From Oikopleura dioica (taxonomy: Eukaryota > Animalia > Chordata), in NCBI GenBank assembly GCA_907165135.1, contig OU015567.1, forward strand, positions 6,200,001-6,264,000: DNA of 64,000 nucleotides. Direction: 5' to 3'. How positions within the stretch are numbered: position 1 is the stretch's first letter; the number at the start of each line of letters is the position of its first letter. Position numbers and translations under genes: made by a program. The notes beneath the pieces are model-generated. The model did not search any database. It had not been told where the DNA came from and was given only the letters and a program-made list of their open reading frames with translations. Positions 9,014 to 21,841 of this stretch are shown here, one piece after another.

Positions 9014-11681
9014 ATGCCGATTAGAAAATTGAGTCAGGATGTCATTAACAAGATCGCCGCTGGTGAAGTCGTGCAAAGACCTGCTAATGCTATCAAGGTA
9101 ATAAATTTAATCACAATTGATATTTCCAAGTTATTTTTGAAAAGCGCGCGCTTTATTGTCATTTTGAATTATGCGCCAAGCGCCTACGTAATTTCTTCTT
9201 CCCGTCATCGCCTCGGTATCTCACTTATTTTTCTTTTCAAATAGGAACTGATCGAAAACTCCATCGATGCTGGAGCAAAAACGATTAAAGTCAAGACGAA
9301 AAAAGGCGGCCTGGAAATGTTCCAAATCGAAGACGACGGCTGCGGAATCCCCATGGAAGATCTTCCCCTCGCTGGAGTGCGTTTTGCCACCTCGAAATTG
9401 CAAGAATACACCGATCTGAAAGATATCGGATCTTTTGGCTTTCGTGGCGAAGCGTTGGCCTCTATTTCTCATGTCGGCCATTTGACGATTACTTCCAAAC
9501 CCGTTGCCCAGGAAGTTGCTTACAAAATTCAATTCGATGGCGGGAAACCCAATGGAGAAGCGATTCCTTCAGCTGGTAGAAACGGGACAGTGATTCATGT
9601 CAAGGACCTTTTTCATAATATGGGAATGCGGCAGAAATCATACAATGCGAACGAAGAACAATTTAAGGAAAAAGTTGATCGATTCTAGCGCCCATCCTAA
9701 CCCAACATAAAGATATACAAAAAGATAACTCGTGTATAAGACGACTTTCTGCGTCAGAAAAGATGCGCAAAGCGTGTTGTTGTAAAATCACTGAAAATAG
9801 ACATTATTGGAGATTGTAATTATCATTTCCCCCTGGAAGGCACCTTGGCTGACGCAGATGTAAATCTTCTCCGTTAGTCTAAATAGTTTATACATCGAGA
9901 AATAGACATGTCGATATTAAGAAAACTTTGAGGACACCTTGCCTGGCGCAAGCTCATATAACCTTATCCTCTAATTATAGATATCCCAAGGTGTTTAATT
10001 ACTCTAAGATTTGAGATTCCAAGGCGTAAGATAACCCTAAATTTGTTCAACTTGATTACAGATAGCTGAGGTAATCCGGGCCTACTCTATCCACTACGAG
10101 AATCTGAACTTTTCCCTCTTCCGAATCGACAAGAGCCAAACTCAAGTTCGCTCTTGGAATCTTCCCGACAGAAAAACCATCATTCAGCATACTTATTCGA
10201 AGGAAGTCTCAAGCAATATTCTCACGACGAAACTTTCAGATGAAGAGATTGGAGTCAAGGGAGAAATCTTCTTCACGTCTTCTGGATACTCCGGCAAGAA
10301 GTTTATTCTCTTGATTTTTGTCAATAACAGATTGATTGAAAGTAAGCAGATAAAGGAAAAGCTCATAAAGGATCTCTGAAATCATCAACGACTATCCGAT
10401 TCTGAGCTTCAAAATCAGCAAATAATGGAAACCGTTTATGAAGAATACCTTCCTAAAGGCGCACGCCCGTGGGTTTATCTCAACCTCTCCATGCCTGGAA
10501 AAAACATCGACGTAAACGTCCATCCGACAAAGATGGAGGTGCAGTTTCTCCACGATGAGCGAATTTACGAAATGATCAAGAAAAAGATGGATATGTTTCT
10601 GATCCCGACAAAGGAAGACAGAACAATGACTGTAGTTCCCACATTTTTGAGCAATCATGAGACTTCTGTGATTGATCTGAATGAGTCGCGCAATTCAAGA
10701 AGATCTGATCCAAATTCGTCCGATTATCAGGTACCCTCGGCTTTCTCTACATTGACCTTAATCTTTCAAGCATCAAATGGTCCGAAACGATTCTTCCTCG
10801 CAGAGAATCGACAGTTTTCTTGCCATCATTGATGCCATCCGCGGCAATAATAAAGAAAATGAGCCTCGCCAACCCAAATCGTCGACCCCAAAGAAAGAAA
10901 ACGAAACAGCATCCCCGATTTCCGAGAACAAAAAATCGCTAAAGAGAAAGTTCGAAAAGAACGAAACAATCAACGGGCGGGCGAAACGAAACCGCTGCCA
11001 GCTGACTTCGATGCTCGAATTGGAGAAAGAAATCGAAGGAAAAGTCGACTTGGACTTTAAAAGTTTTCTGGAGAACTGCATCTTTGTTGGTTTCGCGTCC
11101 TCTTCGAACATTCTGGTGCAGCATCAGGAGAATCTTCTATCTGTCGATTTTTCGCACCTTTCAGAAGATCTTTTCTACCAAATAATCGTCAAGGATTACG
11201 GCAACTTCGATGTGGACGAGCTCGAGGATCCAATAGATCTACCCGCGATTCTGCAAATTTCTAGCATCGACCCGTTAAAGTGGGAGAGGCTTCTTCATTC
11301 GTTGAAAATAATGCGAGAAATGCTGCTCGATTACTTCGGAATTCAAATCGACGAGGATCTCTATCTCCGTGGAATGCCCAAAATTATCGACGACTACCGC
11401 CCAGAGTTCAACAAGATTTACAAGTTCTTTGAATACCTGCAAGACACAAACTGGAAGCACGAAGGGAAATGCCTCAGATCCGTTTCAAAAGCGCTCGCAA
11501 AGTTCTATTCTTTCGCTCATTACGAGCAAGACGAGCTCGATTATCTAAAAGAAGTGATGGAGAACACGATCTTTCCAATCTACAAAAGCGACTTTTTCTG
11601 CCTCAATTATCTGACGACTTTTCAGAGCCTGTAATGCTCACTTCACTGCCTGCTCTTTATAAAGTTTTCGAGCGCTGCTAA
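9014..11681 (+). CDS. MLH1: DNA mismatch repair protein MLH1 (apparent frame break near the C-terminus)
   Basis: MPIRKLSQDVINKIAAGEVVQRPANAIK|ELIENSIDAG, DDGCGI, FGFRGEALASISHV, DVNVHPTK, HQMVRND and C-terminal LYKVFERC. Includes GA-AG introns. The FERC tail is out of frame after a T5 run at 11593-11597. Confidence 0.95.
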
Positions 11682-11749
11682 ATACAATTTTTATTTATTG
11701 ATAAAAATTCTCGTTCCTCAATTTTGCCTCATTGAAGATTGAAAATTTT

Positions 11750-13004
11750 ATGCCGCAGCCGAGTATCAGTTCGTTTTTCATGAAAACCAACAAAAAGGAA
11801 GTCCCCACAACTTCCAATTCCAAGAAACGAAAGTCATCTGCGATGGAAGAAGAGGAAAAGATGGAAGTCGAGCCTGTCAGAAAAGTGTCCCGAGAAGACC
11901 CAGAAGTCCTCCCAGAAAAGGTGGAAAATCGAGCAAAACTTGAAGCGCTCTTTCCTGGCTTGAAAGTGATGCATGATTCCTGGATGAAAGCGCTTTTGCC
12001 AGTGATGGAAGCGAAGTCATTTTCGGATCTAGCGACGTTCGTCAATGGTCGATACAAAGCTGGTACCGTCTATCCGACGAAGGAGAACATTTTCAAATGG
12101 GCAGAGCGACCATTGAAGAGCATCAAAGTTGTGATCCTCGGACAGGATCCTTATCACGGCCCGAACCAAGCGCACGGGCTTTCATTTTCAGTCCTCCGGC
12201 CAACTCGTCCGCCACCAAGGTGAGTTTTGACGGACATTCTCCAATTGTATTTACAATATTTTGTATTTATGATATTCTCTGGTCTTTATTAATGGTAACG
12301 TTTGAAGTTCAAATTGAACACTGGTGAAAGAATTTCTTTCAAGATTTCTTTGACGTTTTATCGCTCAAAAGCACAATTGTAACATTTGTGCAAAACTGCT
12401 ATTGATTTCAATAATATTGAACTAGTGGTATCAATAAAAATTATATAACTTCAGCATTTGCATCTTGATCAATATATAATTCTTTTTATCTTTAAGCCTT
12501 TTGAACATGTATAAAGAGCTCGAGCAAGACGACAACATCCCTTTCACCCGGCCTAGTCATGGCGATCTCTCAAAGTGGGCCGATCAAGGAGTACTTCTTC
12601 TCAATGCGGTACTCACTGTTGACGCGGGAAAGGCCAATTCGCACCAGAAAAAGGGTTGGGAGAAATTGACAGATGCAGCGATCAAGGCAGTTTCTATGCA
12701 CTGTGACAGCGTTGTTTTTCTCCTCTGGGGAGCGAAGGCGCAGGAAAAGTCAAAAATTATAAATGTGGTTAGAGAGACTTCAAAAAATCAAACCCGTAAA
12801 AATTTTTTTCAGAACAAGCACGAGATCTTGAAGCAAGTCCACCCCAGTCCTCTCTCTGCTCACCGAGGATTCTTCGGCTGTCGTCACTTCTCCAAAGGTA
12901 GAACTTCTCCGCGCAATCAAAGTTTTCAAACCGCTTTAGCCAACGAATTTCTCGAGAAACGAAAGCTTGCTCCTATCAAGTGGCATGCCATATCCCACAA
13001 TTAG
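11750..13004 (+). CDS. UNG: Uracil-DNA glycosylase, family 1
   Basis: [24 protein letters not shown]|[23 protein letters not shown] and [19 protein letters not shown]. Introns are 12220-12496 plus two short in-frame ones. Confidence 0.97.
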
Positions 13005-13297
13005 GGCATTCTAGGGCCATTTGCACTGTACCTTTTTAGCACGCACTTGCACACGAACACTCGCCACCACAGCCCTGTTTTACTGTTTTACATCAGTTCT
13101 CAACCTCAACCTTGCTTGACAGTTCCACACTGCCTTATTTTTATCCACTGACAACCCGAAGCAGACTGTACGGGAATAATTTTGTGTATCTGCCAGTTTC
13201 AACCTTTCAAGTTTTCGCACCACGCGAAAAGCATATCATAATAATCCATTTTAATAAAAACGACAATTACCTCAATTTTCTTGGTTCAGATGAAAGA

Positions 13298-15762
13298 ATG
13301 GAAAATGTGTACCCTCCACAAGGCTTCACAACTGTCCATACTCTCCGAAACCACCCCGGAGCTTACACCATCCGAAATCGAAGAACAAAAGCAAGGGAAA
13401 ATCAAAATGCGCGAAATTCGGGTGCCAAGCTAACTCTCCTGGACCCGCAACAGCTCAACCCTTGGAAACGGCACCTAGAATTTATCGAAGGAAAATGCGG
13501 CCAAGCAGTGACCGCGTATTTCAGATTTTTAAGAAAGTTGATATTTCTCAACGCTGGGTTGAGTTTAATCGTTTCCGGGGGGATAATTCTACCGTATATT
13601 TGCATGCGCCTTTCTGGTAAAATATCTGCCAACGAGGAGAAACCATGTGAATATCCAACTGAATACAAGGATGATAAGTTCGTCGACTACGTTTTGTTCC
13701 TCTTCAATGGGCAGATATTCATGGAGAAAACCTTTGTCTTTTACGGCTTTTACGAATCGTCATCAATAGATGAAAGTGGTTTATCAGACACCTTGTACAA
13801 CAACCCGGTTCTTTATCTAGCCACAGTGTTCTTCATCTACCTCTTTTCTTTGATCGTCATCAGTGTCCAAGCTGGCAGGAGCATGGAGGCTCAAATTGTG
13901 GGAAAGTCCGGACAAATGTTTAAATATTCGAAACTGATCTTCGGCTGGGACATGAACATATCGGATCGGGAAACTGCAGCGATCAAGAAAAAGCTCCTGG
14001 CGATGAAGATCAAGAATGAACTGAAAGAGGACAAGCTGATCGCGGAACAGGAGAATTGGAACTTTTTCGAAAGAATGTATGTTTACTTCATTCGAGTCTT
14101 CACGACGATTGGCAATTTGGCCGTCTTGATCGGCTCTATTCTTTGTGTCGTTCTCGCCGCAACGAAAGGAAAAGAGCTAGAATCGGAAAACAACTTCCTC
14201 AAGTTTCTCTACTCGTATCTTGTTTCTATCACGATGGGTGGAACTTCTATTATCTGTCCAATCTTCTTCAAGATCCTCACGTCCTTCCAGAAGCTCAAGG
14301 CTGAAACGCGAATGAATCAAGTAATTGGTTGGCGAGTCGCCTTGCGTTTTCTGTCGATAACAGCTGTTTTTATCACAATTTTCTTGGAAATCTCCAAATG
14401 CCACGATCGAGAATTTCTTGAAGCTGCTCCGATCGTCACTAATTTAAACGAAACGACAACTGAATCAACTCATTCAGTGAACGATAGGCACTTTTCCTGT
14501 ACTTGTGAGAATCCGCTGTATACTTGTTGGCCGACAGTTCTTGGTCAGGAATGCTATCGACTAACAATCGGTTGGCTTCTCGGTCAATTAGGGTCTGTTT
14601 TCTTTCTTGCTGGAACGAGCAAATTGCTCAAGCGCTGGTTTGGGTGGAGAATTCCATTCGTCTCCACTTTTGATATTACCGATAATGTTCTGAAAATCGT
14701 ATCCTGGCAAACGATTGCTTGGTTAGGCGTTTTCTACTGCCCGATTCTACCAATTTTGATTTTCCTCATACAAGTGCTGGTTTTTTCCGTAAATAGATTC
14801 GCGGTGGTGGATATTTACGAGCATAATGACGACAATCAGTAAGTGATTATGCTTCTTCCACCTTGTGATTAAAAGATATTATCAACAAATGATGAGATTT
14901 TAAGCGCTTTGCACCTTGTAATAAACATAATCACAGTGAAAGGGGCAACTGGTGAAGCCAATTTAATATTAGTTCTAGGGTATTTAAATCTTATATAATC
15001 CACGATAATCATCAGACAAGCCGGCTCTAAGTGTCTAAATTTCAGCTATAAATCCTCGAACGCAGATGTGTATTTTACGGTACTCATGGTTATTGGATTT
15101 TATCTGGGAACCTTGATGACCCTGTCTCCTCTGATTCTCTTTTCGCCCAGCTCATCTTGTGGCCCTTTCCAAGAATATCAAACTTTTGCCGAACCATTTA
15201 TGAACTTCATCGAAAGTTATTGGCGATTGGAAAGGCTCTGGAACTTTATTTCTTCCAAGACTGTTTTGTATTCGATCATTCTTATCTTCACGTCTATCTG
15301 CTTCTTTCTTTACGGTTAGTTACTCCCCTTCCTTGCTTTTTCTCAGTCCGTTTTTTTAGTCAAATCGTGTGGACTGAACGAGAGAATAAAAGTCCTTGAA
15401 GACCAGTTGACAAAAGAAGGCGAGGATCAGCAATTTCTCATGCTCAAGAGAAGGAACGAATCGCAAAATTCGCAAAATCAACGAAACAACTCTTCCAATG
15501 TTTCAAGGCGACGACCAGAGATAATCGAGCGAGCGGATCAAAGTAAGCCTCGGTTTTCTTTCTTGATTTAAAATTTTAAGTGCGCGAAACGGCATTCTCG
15601 CGGCCTAAAAACTCATCGCAAAATTCTTCTAATAATCAACGACAATCATCTGAAAGATCTGAACGAAGCTCGCATCCGACAGAAAGAGAAAGAGCGAGAG
15701 AAATTCTTGAAAATCGATCTTCCGCGATGATGACAAGAGAGTCAATCATAAGCTGGACGTGA
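13298..15762 (+). CDS. Transmembrane channel-like (TMC4-8 type) protein
   Basis: PWKRHLEFIEGKCGQAVTAYFRFLRKLIFLN, CWPTVLGQECYRL, FDITDNVLKIVSWQTIAWLGVFYCP and PSSSCGPF. Phase-consistent GT-AG exons run to TGA at 15762. Confidence 0.9.
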
Positions 15763-15895
15763 AATCAACTAATTTCTGTAATTTATCTGTCTTGTATATT
15801 TCTGTATTCGAAAAACATTCCAAGCTGCCAAACATTGTAAAGTCTTTTATCTTCTCCAATTACTTTTCTGACCTCCGGAAATTTAGAAAAAAAGT

Positions 15896-18407
15896 ATGAA
15901 CCGCATCTTCGGAACGGGAAAGCCAAAAGCACCACCACCAAATCTAAATGACTGCGTGCAAAACCTTGACTCCCGAGGCGACTCGATCGACAAGAAGATC
16001 GCCAAGCTCGATGCCGAACTTGTCAAGTACAAGAATCAGATGAAAACGATGCGAAAAGGCCCTGGCAAAAATGCTGTCAAGCAAAAGGCCATGCGAGTTT
16101 TGAAGCAGAGAAAGATGTACGAAAATCAACGAGAGCAGATTTCAAATCAGTCTTTCAACATGGACCAGGTTTTGAAAGGCATATTCGGTCATTTTGGTTA
16201 TTTTTTGTTAGGCTAACTTTACGATTCAAACGCTCAAGGACACGCAAGATACTGTAACTGCCATGAAAGCAGGCGCCAAAGCGATGAAAAAGGAGTACAA
16301 AAAGATCAACATCGACAAAATCGAGGACCTCCAGGTCAGTTTGACATAAACAGCTAATAGTTGTACTCTTCCTTGATATCAATCGATTTTCAATTTGGAT
16401 TTGACGGGTATTAAAATCGTCAAGTTATGTTCTTATACTGGTTTATTTGGTAATATGAAGTAATCAGAATTGAGAATAAGGGTTGAAAAGTTGAGCAGTC
16501 CAAACGATTAAACAAAAATAACGATCATTGCAAATGACGTTCTGGGGAATCACACATCGTATTTGACTATTTTGAGGAGAAACAAACAGAATCGTATGTT
16601 AGTGGAAAAGGAAAAGATTATGTTTTTTTTCTGTTAGGTAAAATGAAGAGAACTCGTTTCAAAGTTCTTGTGGCGCTTTTTGAAGCTCTCGGAAAAGCTG
16701 GTCCAGGGCAATCTTTGTCTGGTCGTTTGCCCATTTGACCTAAAATATATTTTATTGACCCCTGGATATGGGGTAGTGGTTTGTTTACCTGGCAGCGGCC
16801 GAGGACTTCGGCGTCTCGTACTGTCAATCGTTGTTTGAGAATCTAAAGGTCATTTTTAACAATCAGTACAAATGCAGACATGCATGATTGTTACGCGTGA
16901 TAAAGGAACTTGCCTGCATGATATCTTCATCTGTGCCGGCGATGGAAATCGCTGGAGGGCATTCATCCTCGTCCAGATCAATCTGACCTTCGGAGATCTT
17001 GCCAGTAGCTGGGGTCATGTCCCAGCGACGGATAGGGTTGAGTCGGCCGGAATTGCTTTCTTTCAAGACGTTGATGGAAATAGGCCCTGAAATTGGGATC
17101 AGTAAGTGTTCAAGATTGACAAGAAAATCGCTGTAACATCTTTCAAATTAGTTATACAACTAATTTTATATTTTCAGCAGCAGTTACCTTGATAATTTTA
17201 TTTTAAATTCTAATTGCGAGAATTCAATTTAAGCAGATATTTTTGAATACTAAATTGTTCTAAATGTAGAAAAGAAATATGAATTTTGAACGATATCTTA
17301 TATAAGCCGGTTTTTCAAATATAGTAAGCTTTTAAAGCTGTGAAAATTATTTCTAAAAGTAAATCGCCAGATTCAGATCGATCAAGTGCTAATTTGATTA
17401 GATAACATAATATTTTTTGCTCTTTGTACTTGGATACGACTTACCATTTATCTTGCAGGAGAGCGCATCGTTTTCGGCCAACGATGCCATGGTTCTTGAT
17501 AAGCGTCGGAATTCGACATAGGTCGACTCGCGTGCACTTTTAGTATACTGTCGGACAACGGTTCTGCCAATCATCTCTTCTTCTTTTTAAAAAATCTTTT
17601 TAAAATTGAAGTTTGTCCCTGAGCTAGAACTGGTGCTTGTCCAAAGTGAGGTTGTTCGGGAGAATCTCTATCGTCTCTTATTTACGTGGGTCAAACACGC
17701 CCTGAAGGTCCCCACTTATTTCCTCCTCCTGGAGTTCTGCCGAGTTAATTAATCAACTTTTCTTAGTACTTTATCTGATGACCTAAAAATCAGCAGATAG
17801 ATCTGTCCCGGACACGCCCAACTATCTCTACCCTCTTCTTTTTTGTTTAACGAGGCACATGTGATCGATTTCTTCAGCAGAAAAAGCCCTAAGCCCTCGA
17901 TATAAACCTTTGTTGCGCAAACCACTGTATTAATACTGTGGTCAATAATTCACCATTTGAAAGTTAAAAATATTCTTCTTAGGATGAACTGGAGGACATG
18001 ATGCTCGATGCAAATGAGATCCAAGAAGTGATGAGCAGAAGCTACGGCATTGGAGACGACATTGACGAAGCCGACCTTGAGGCCGAGCTTGATGCTCTTG
18101 GAGACGACTTTCTCGCCGATGATGGGCTTCTGGATGATATTGCTACACCGAATGCACCGAGGTCAGTAGGGTCAGTGGGTTACTACAGAAGATCGTAAAC
18201 AAATAGCTTTCAAGTCAGGATTTTAGCTGGAGTCCAAACATAATCGTAAAAAAATAAGACTGGCCAAATCGGACCGCTCTTACGTTTTTTATCGATTGTC
18301 CAAAATATGTTATTAAATTGTTCTTTAGCACCGAGCCCGGTCTCCCAGAAGCATCAGGAGAAGTGGACGAATTCGGACTCCCAAAAATCCCCGAAGCCGC
18401 CAAATAA
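15896..18407 (+). CDS. CHMP5: ESCRT-III subunit CHMP5 (Vps60)
   Basis: [39 protein letters not shown]|[25 protein letters not shown] and [10 protein letters not shown]. Long intron at 16336-17982. Confidence 0.96.
16659..17574 (-). CDS. Nested antisense gene, ~145 aa, SCP2 sterol-binding-domain-like
   Basis: Four phase-consistent exons: 17574-17445, 17086-16914, 16842-16789 and 16739-16659 (438 nt; one GC-AG intron with GCAAGT donor). KINGPISINV...[15 protein letters not shown]...[34 protein letters not shown] resembles the SCP2 pattern. Confidence 0.7.
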
Positions 18408-18664
18408 GAAATTCATTCCCATTCAAAAACGATTCCATTCGGAACTTTCATTCTCCTCCTTGCTATCAGTACTTCTCTGATTCAAAATTCTTAAGTCTCG
18501 ATTCTCTACTTGTAAGATTCATGCAATCTTTTCTTCTTTATCTTTCCCCCCCATTCTCTTCACTAATATTTACTAAACTTGTACTAATCAAATGGATAAA
18601 ATACTATTTTCGATTTATAAAACGATTTGTAATAAATTACTCTATTTAGAAAATTGGGCCATTT

Positions 18665-20030
18665 ATGGAAGCAATAACAAAGTATGCGTCTGAAAACAAG
18701 TTAGAATTTCTGCTGTTATCTACTGCCTCTGCGATCCTTCTCCAGCAGCTGATAGAGAACAGAGATTATTTCCTCGGGTCAGTTCTAGTCCAGCAATAGA
18801 ATATTAAAATGACCCTAGGTATGATCAGTTTTCCTCGAAGCAGATTGTTTCCGGGCTAACAAATTACTCGCAGCTCTGTTATGCAAATTCCATGCTCCAG
18901 CTCATCTCGACAATGCCTGAATATTACAATTACTTCAAACAACTGCGGGAAAAATATATCTCCCCCGAAAATAATCAAAAATCTGCCAAAAATGCGAAAG
19001 TGCTACAAACGATAATTGAAACCATCGAGCGGATAAATCGCATTTGTCCTGGTACTTTCTTATTTATTCCGAATTAATTACTGATTCTGTTACTCTAGCT
19101 GGAAGCTTCTTCGATGCGTCAACAAAGCTAATTGGGTTACTAGCTTCTGATTCAAAATGGGCGACGTCTCAGCAGGATTGTCTTGAATTATGGACGAGAA
19201 TGGAGAGCGCGATTGAACTTGAGTGCCACAGATCCATCAGTAACTTTGGTTTTTTGAGCTATAAGAGGTATATTAATCTGCTTGATTTGCACTGTCTTCA
19301 AAGTTTCTTGAAGTTCAAAAACCGCTGATCCTTTCAAATGGCCGACTCATTTCTCGACGCTCCGAGAAATGGTCTGTTCCGTCTGCGGAAAACGAAAAGA
19401 CTCGCGGGTCGAGAAGCTTCACATGTTGACCTTGGAGCAAAAATACTCCGCAAACAGCCTCGAACGCACGGACCTTGAGACGTCCCTGGAGCACTATTTC
19501 AAGCCCGAAACGTTGATCGTCAATTGCGAGGGCTGCTCGACCACTTCTGATCATGAATCTGGCGGGCAATCGTCCGTGATGCCCAGCTTTGACTCTTCGC
19601 CTGAGATTTCCCTACAAGACAGTCTCCACAAAAAGTCCCTTTCCTTCGCCTCTCTTCCAAAGTATTTGTGCATACAAGTCACCGCCTTGTGGGATCCAGT
19701 GTCTGGCAATTCCTTTCGTAACCTCCGCCCGTGGAGGTATCCGGATTGCCTCGATTTATCAAAGTATTGCTTTCTTCAACAGTTCGAATCTCAGAAATCC
19801 AATTTCAATTCAAAAATTTATCATCTCGAAGCAGTAATCGTTCACGTCGGTTTTGATAATTGCGGTCATTACTACACTCTGCGGAAGATCGATAACGCCT
19901 GGTACATGGTTAGTCCTTTAGGTTGAAATCAAGGAAAAAAAAGTCTTTTTAGTGTAATGATGCGCTTATTCAACGAGTCTTGACTGGACTAAACCACAAC
20001 GGTGCCTACATTCTTCTTTATACGAGATAA
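18665..20030 (+). CDS. USP30: USP deubiquitinase with an N-terminal hydrophobic anchor, USP30-like
   Basis: N-terminal FLLLSTASAILL, Cys box GLTNYSQLCYANSMLQ, QQDCLEL, His box VIVHVGFDNCGHYYTLRK and terminal AYILLYTR. Orthology is inferred from the anchor. Confidence 0.75.
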
Positions 20031-20116
20031 ACTTCCAAAACTGCAAACAACTGCTCCTGAAATCTCTCCTGAAATCCTCGAAATGCGTCTCGAAATGATA
20101 ATAGGCTCTTTTAAGA

Positions 20117-21560
20117 ATGAGTTTCTGTAGCCTTCTTGACGAGACGGACGATGATCTTGTATGTCATATTCAAAACGTCCGATGCAAATTGCGGCCCTTT
20201 GATTATCTGAAATAACATCCTCCTGATTCGGTTTCTTCCTCAGTCAAAGTCATCTCAATGTTCGGTAATTATTAAACTCACTTGGCTAATTTTGACTTGT
20301 AAGATTTGAATTGTTGAAGCTGGAAACAACAAGTTTAATAATCTATAGACCAGAAGTTATTTCAAACTCCCGAGAGGCCATGTAGTTGATGTAGAAATAT
20401 ATTGATAGCGACACTTGCTGTCTCCTTCTAAAATATCTAGCTCATTTACCATTTGTGCCAATAGGCGGATTTCTGCGCCTAGGCCAAATATGATTTGAGT
20501 TAAATTGGATTCCGATCCTAAAACGTGCCACTCTGTAATGAGGTCGCACTAAAGGGTGCTCGGGGGAAACAGAGACGCAATCCTCATTTCCTTGACGCTT
20601 TTTTTAAAAAACTAGAGAGATCCTACTCCAGTTTTCAATAGAGTGAATAGAGAAAGAATGAAAGTGAACTCGTCCGAATTTGAAACAGATTCTCAGGCGA
20701 ATGATTCCAGGAGCTACTATTATTACGATTATGGTAGCTCTTCCTGAATATACTGATGGTTGATCGTTATTTTAAGCGTATCCTGTGGCGAATTGCACTG
20801 ACACTGTTTTTATGTTTCCGACCTCATTTTCGACCCTCTGTAAAAAAGGGATGAGTATATCCTGAGATTATCTTAACCCCCCTACGCCACAGAGTAGACC
20901 TTCAGCTCTTATTTGAGCCCTTTGGAGACGCTGTTCGATGATTGTACTTCGAGAACATCGACTCCCAAAATGAGGGTAAAATTGGCGAAATCGGGTATTT
21001 CCGAGTTGATGACGTCATTTGTGAAAGAACACGTGTCAATGACATTTGCTCAGTGTCCCTACGCCATAAAGCAGACCCTAAGCTACATTTTGGTACCCTT
21101 TGGGACTCTCTGCGACTTCTCTGGTCGGAGAACATAGACTCCCTAGTTGTCGGAAACATAAAAAAAACAGTGTCACTGATACACTGTGTGTTCTCGACGA
21201 AAATGGACTCTCTTTGTTTTGGCTTGTGGGATTTATATTCATAGTCGTCTGCATGCTCGCCTGGGTAAAGAATAAAGTTCAGGAAAGTACACTATTACCC
21301 TGCAATTTCAGACCTTTCAATACCTCAACAATTGGCCTAAAAGAATGCAGAAAAAGTTCGACCCAAACGTCAAAATGCACTTGATCGAGCGATCAATTCT
21401 TTCAACAAGGCGGTTTTCTAACTTTGCCTGTCGTCTTTCCAGGCTTTCTTCTAAAGCAAATGTGTTACCAAGGTACAATCAAAGGCTTTATTATTCACGA
21501 AAGCGACTTGTTTGATGGTCGGTTTTTAATTTTTGATTTAGAAGCTGTTCCAAAATATAA
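20117..21560 (+). CDS. Uncharacterised multi-exon single-pass membrane protein (model uncertain)
   Basis: Exon-like segments with splice sites and a TM segment LSLFWLVGFIFIVVCMLAW followed by a basic tail. The best model contains an in-frame TGA at 20939-20941. Confidence 0.35.
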
Positions 21561-21841
21561 ATAATTAGCAACATCGGATGAAATACAATTTTGTTTCGCG
21601 GAAAAGTTCAAAACAATGAAAAATATTTTAGCAAAAGACGGGAAAGTGACGTGCCAGGTCCAAATTACTCTACACGCGACACGATCAAGAGCAATTCGTT
21701 TTCATCCTCGAAAGCAGCATTTATTTGACAGTTTTAATCCTCTTACGATCCATTTATTTATTGACCCCTGTTGTTCTTTGACATCTGCATTGCTTTAAAA
21801 CGAGTTCAGAATCAGAGTTTCCTCCTTGATTTTAAATCTCT

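Noticed and set aside
690-10020. Shared 9-15 bp words between the UROD and MLH1 long introns
   Set aside because: Order and orientation are inconsistent with one alignment; short AT-rich matches are likely chance.
14889-15045. C/D snoRNA in a TMC intron (ATGATGA at 14889)
   Set aside because: No downstream CTGA box D or terminal stem was found.
15310-15360. GG-AG intron in TMC
   Set aside because: A canonical GT-AG intron using the TTTTTTTAG acceptor gives an equally good frame.
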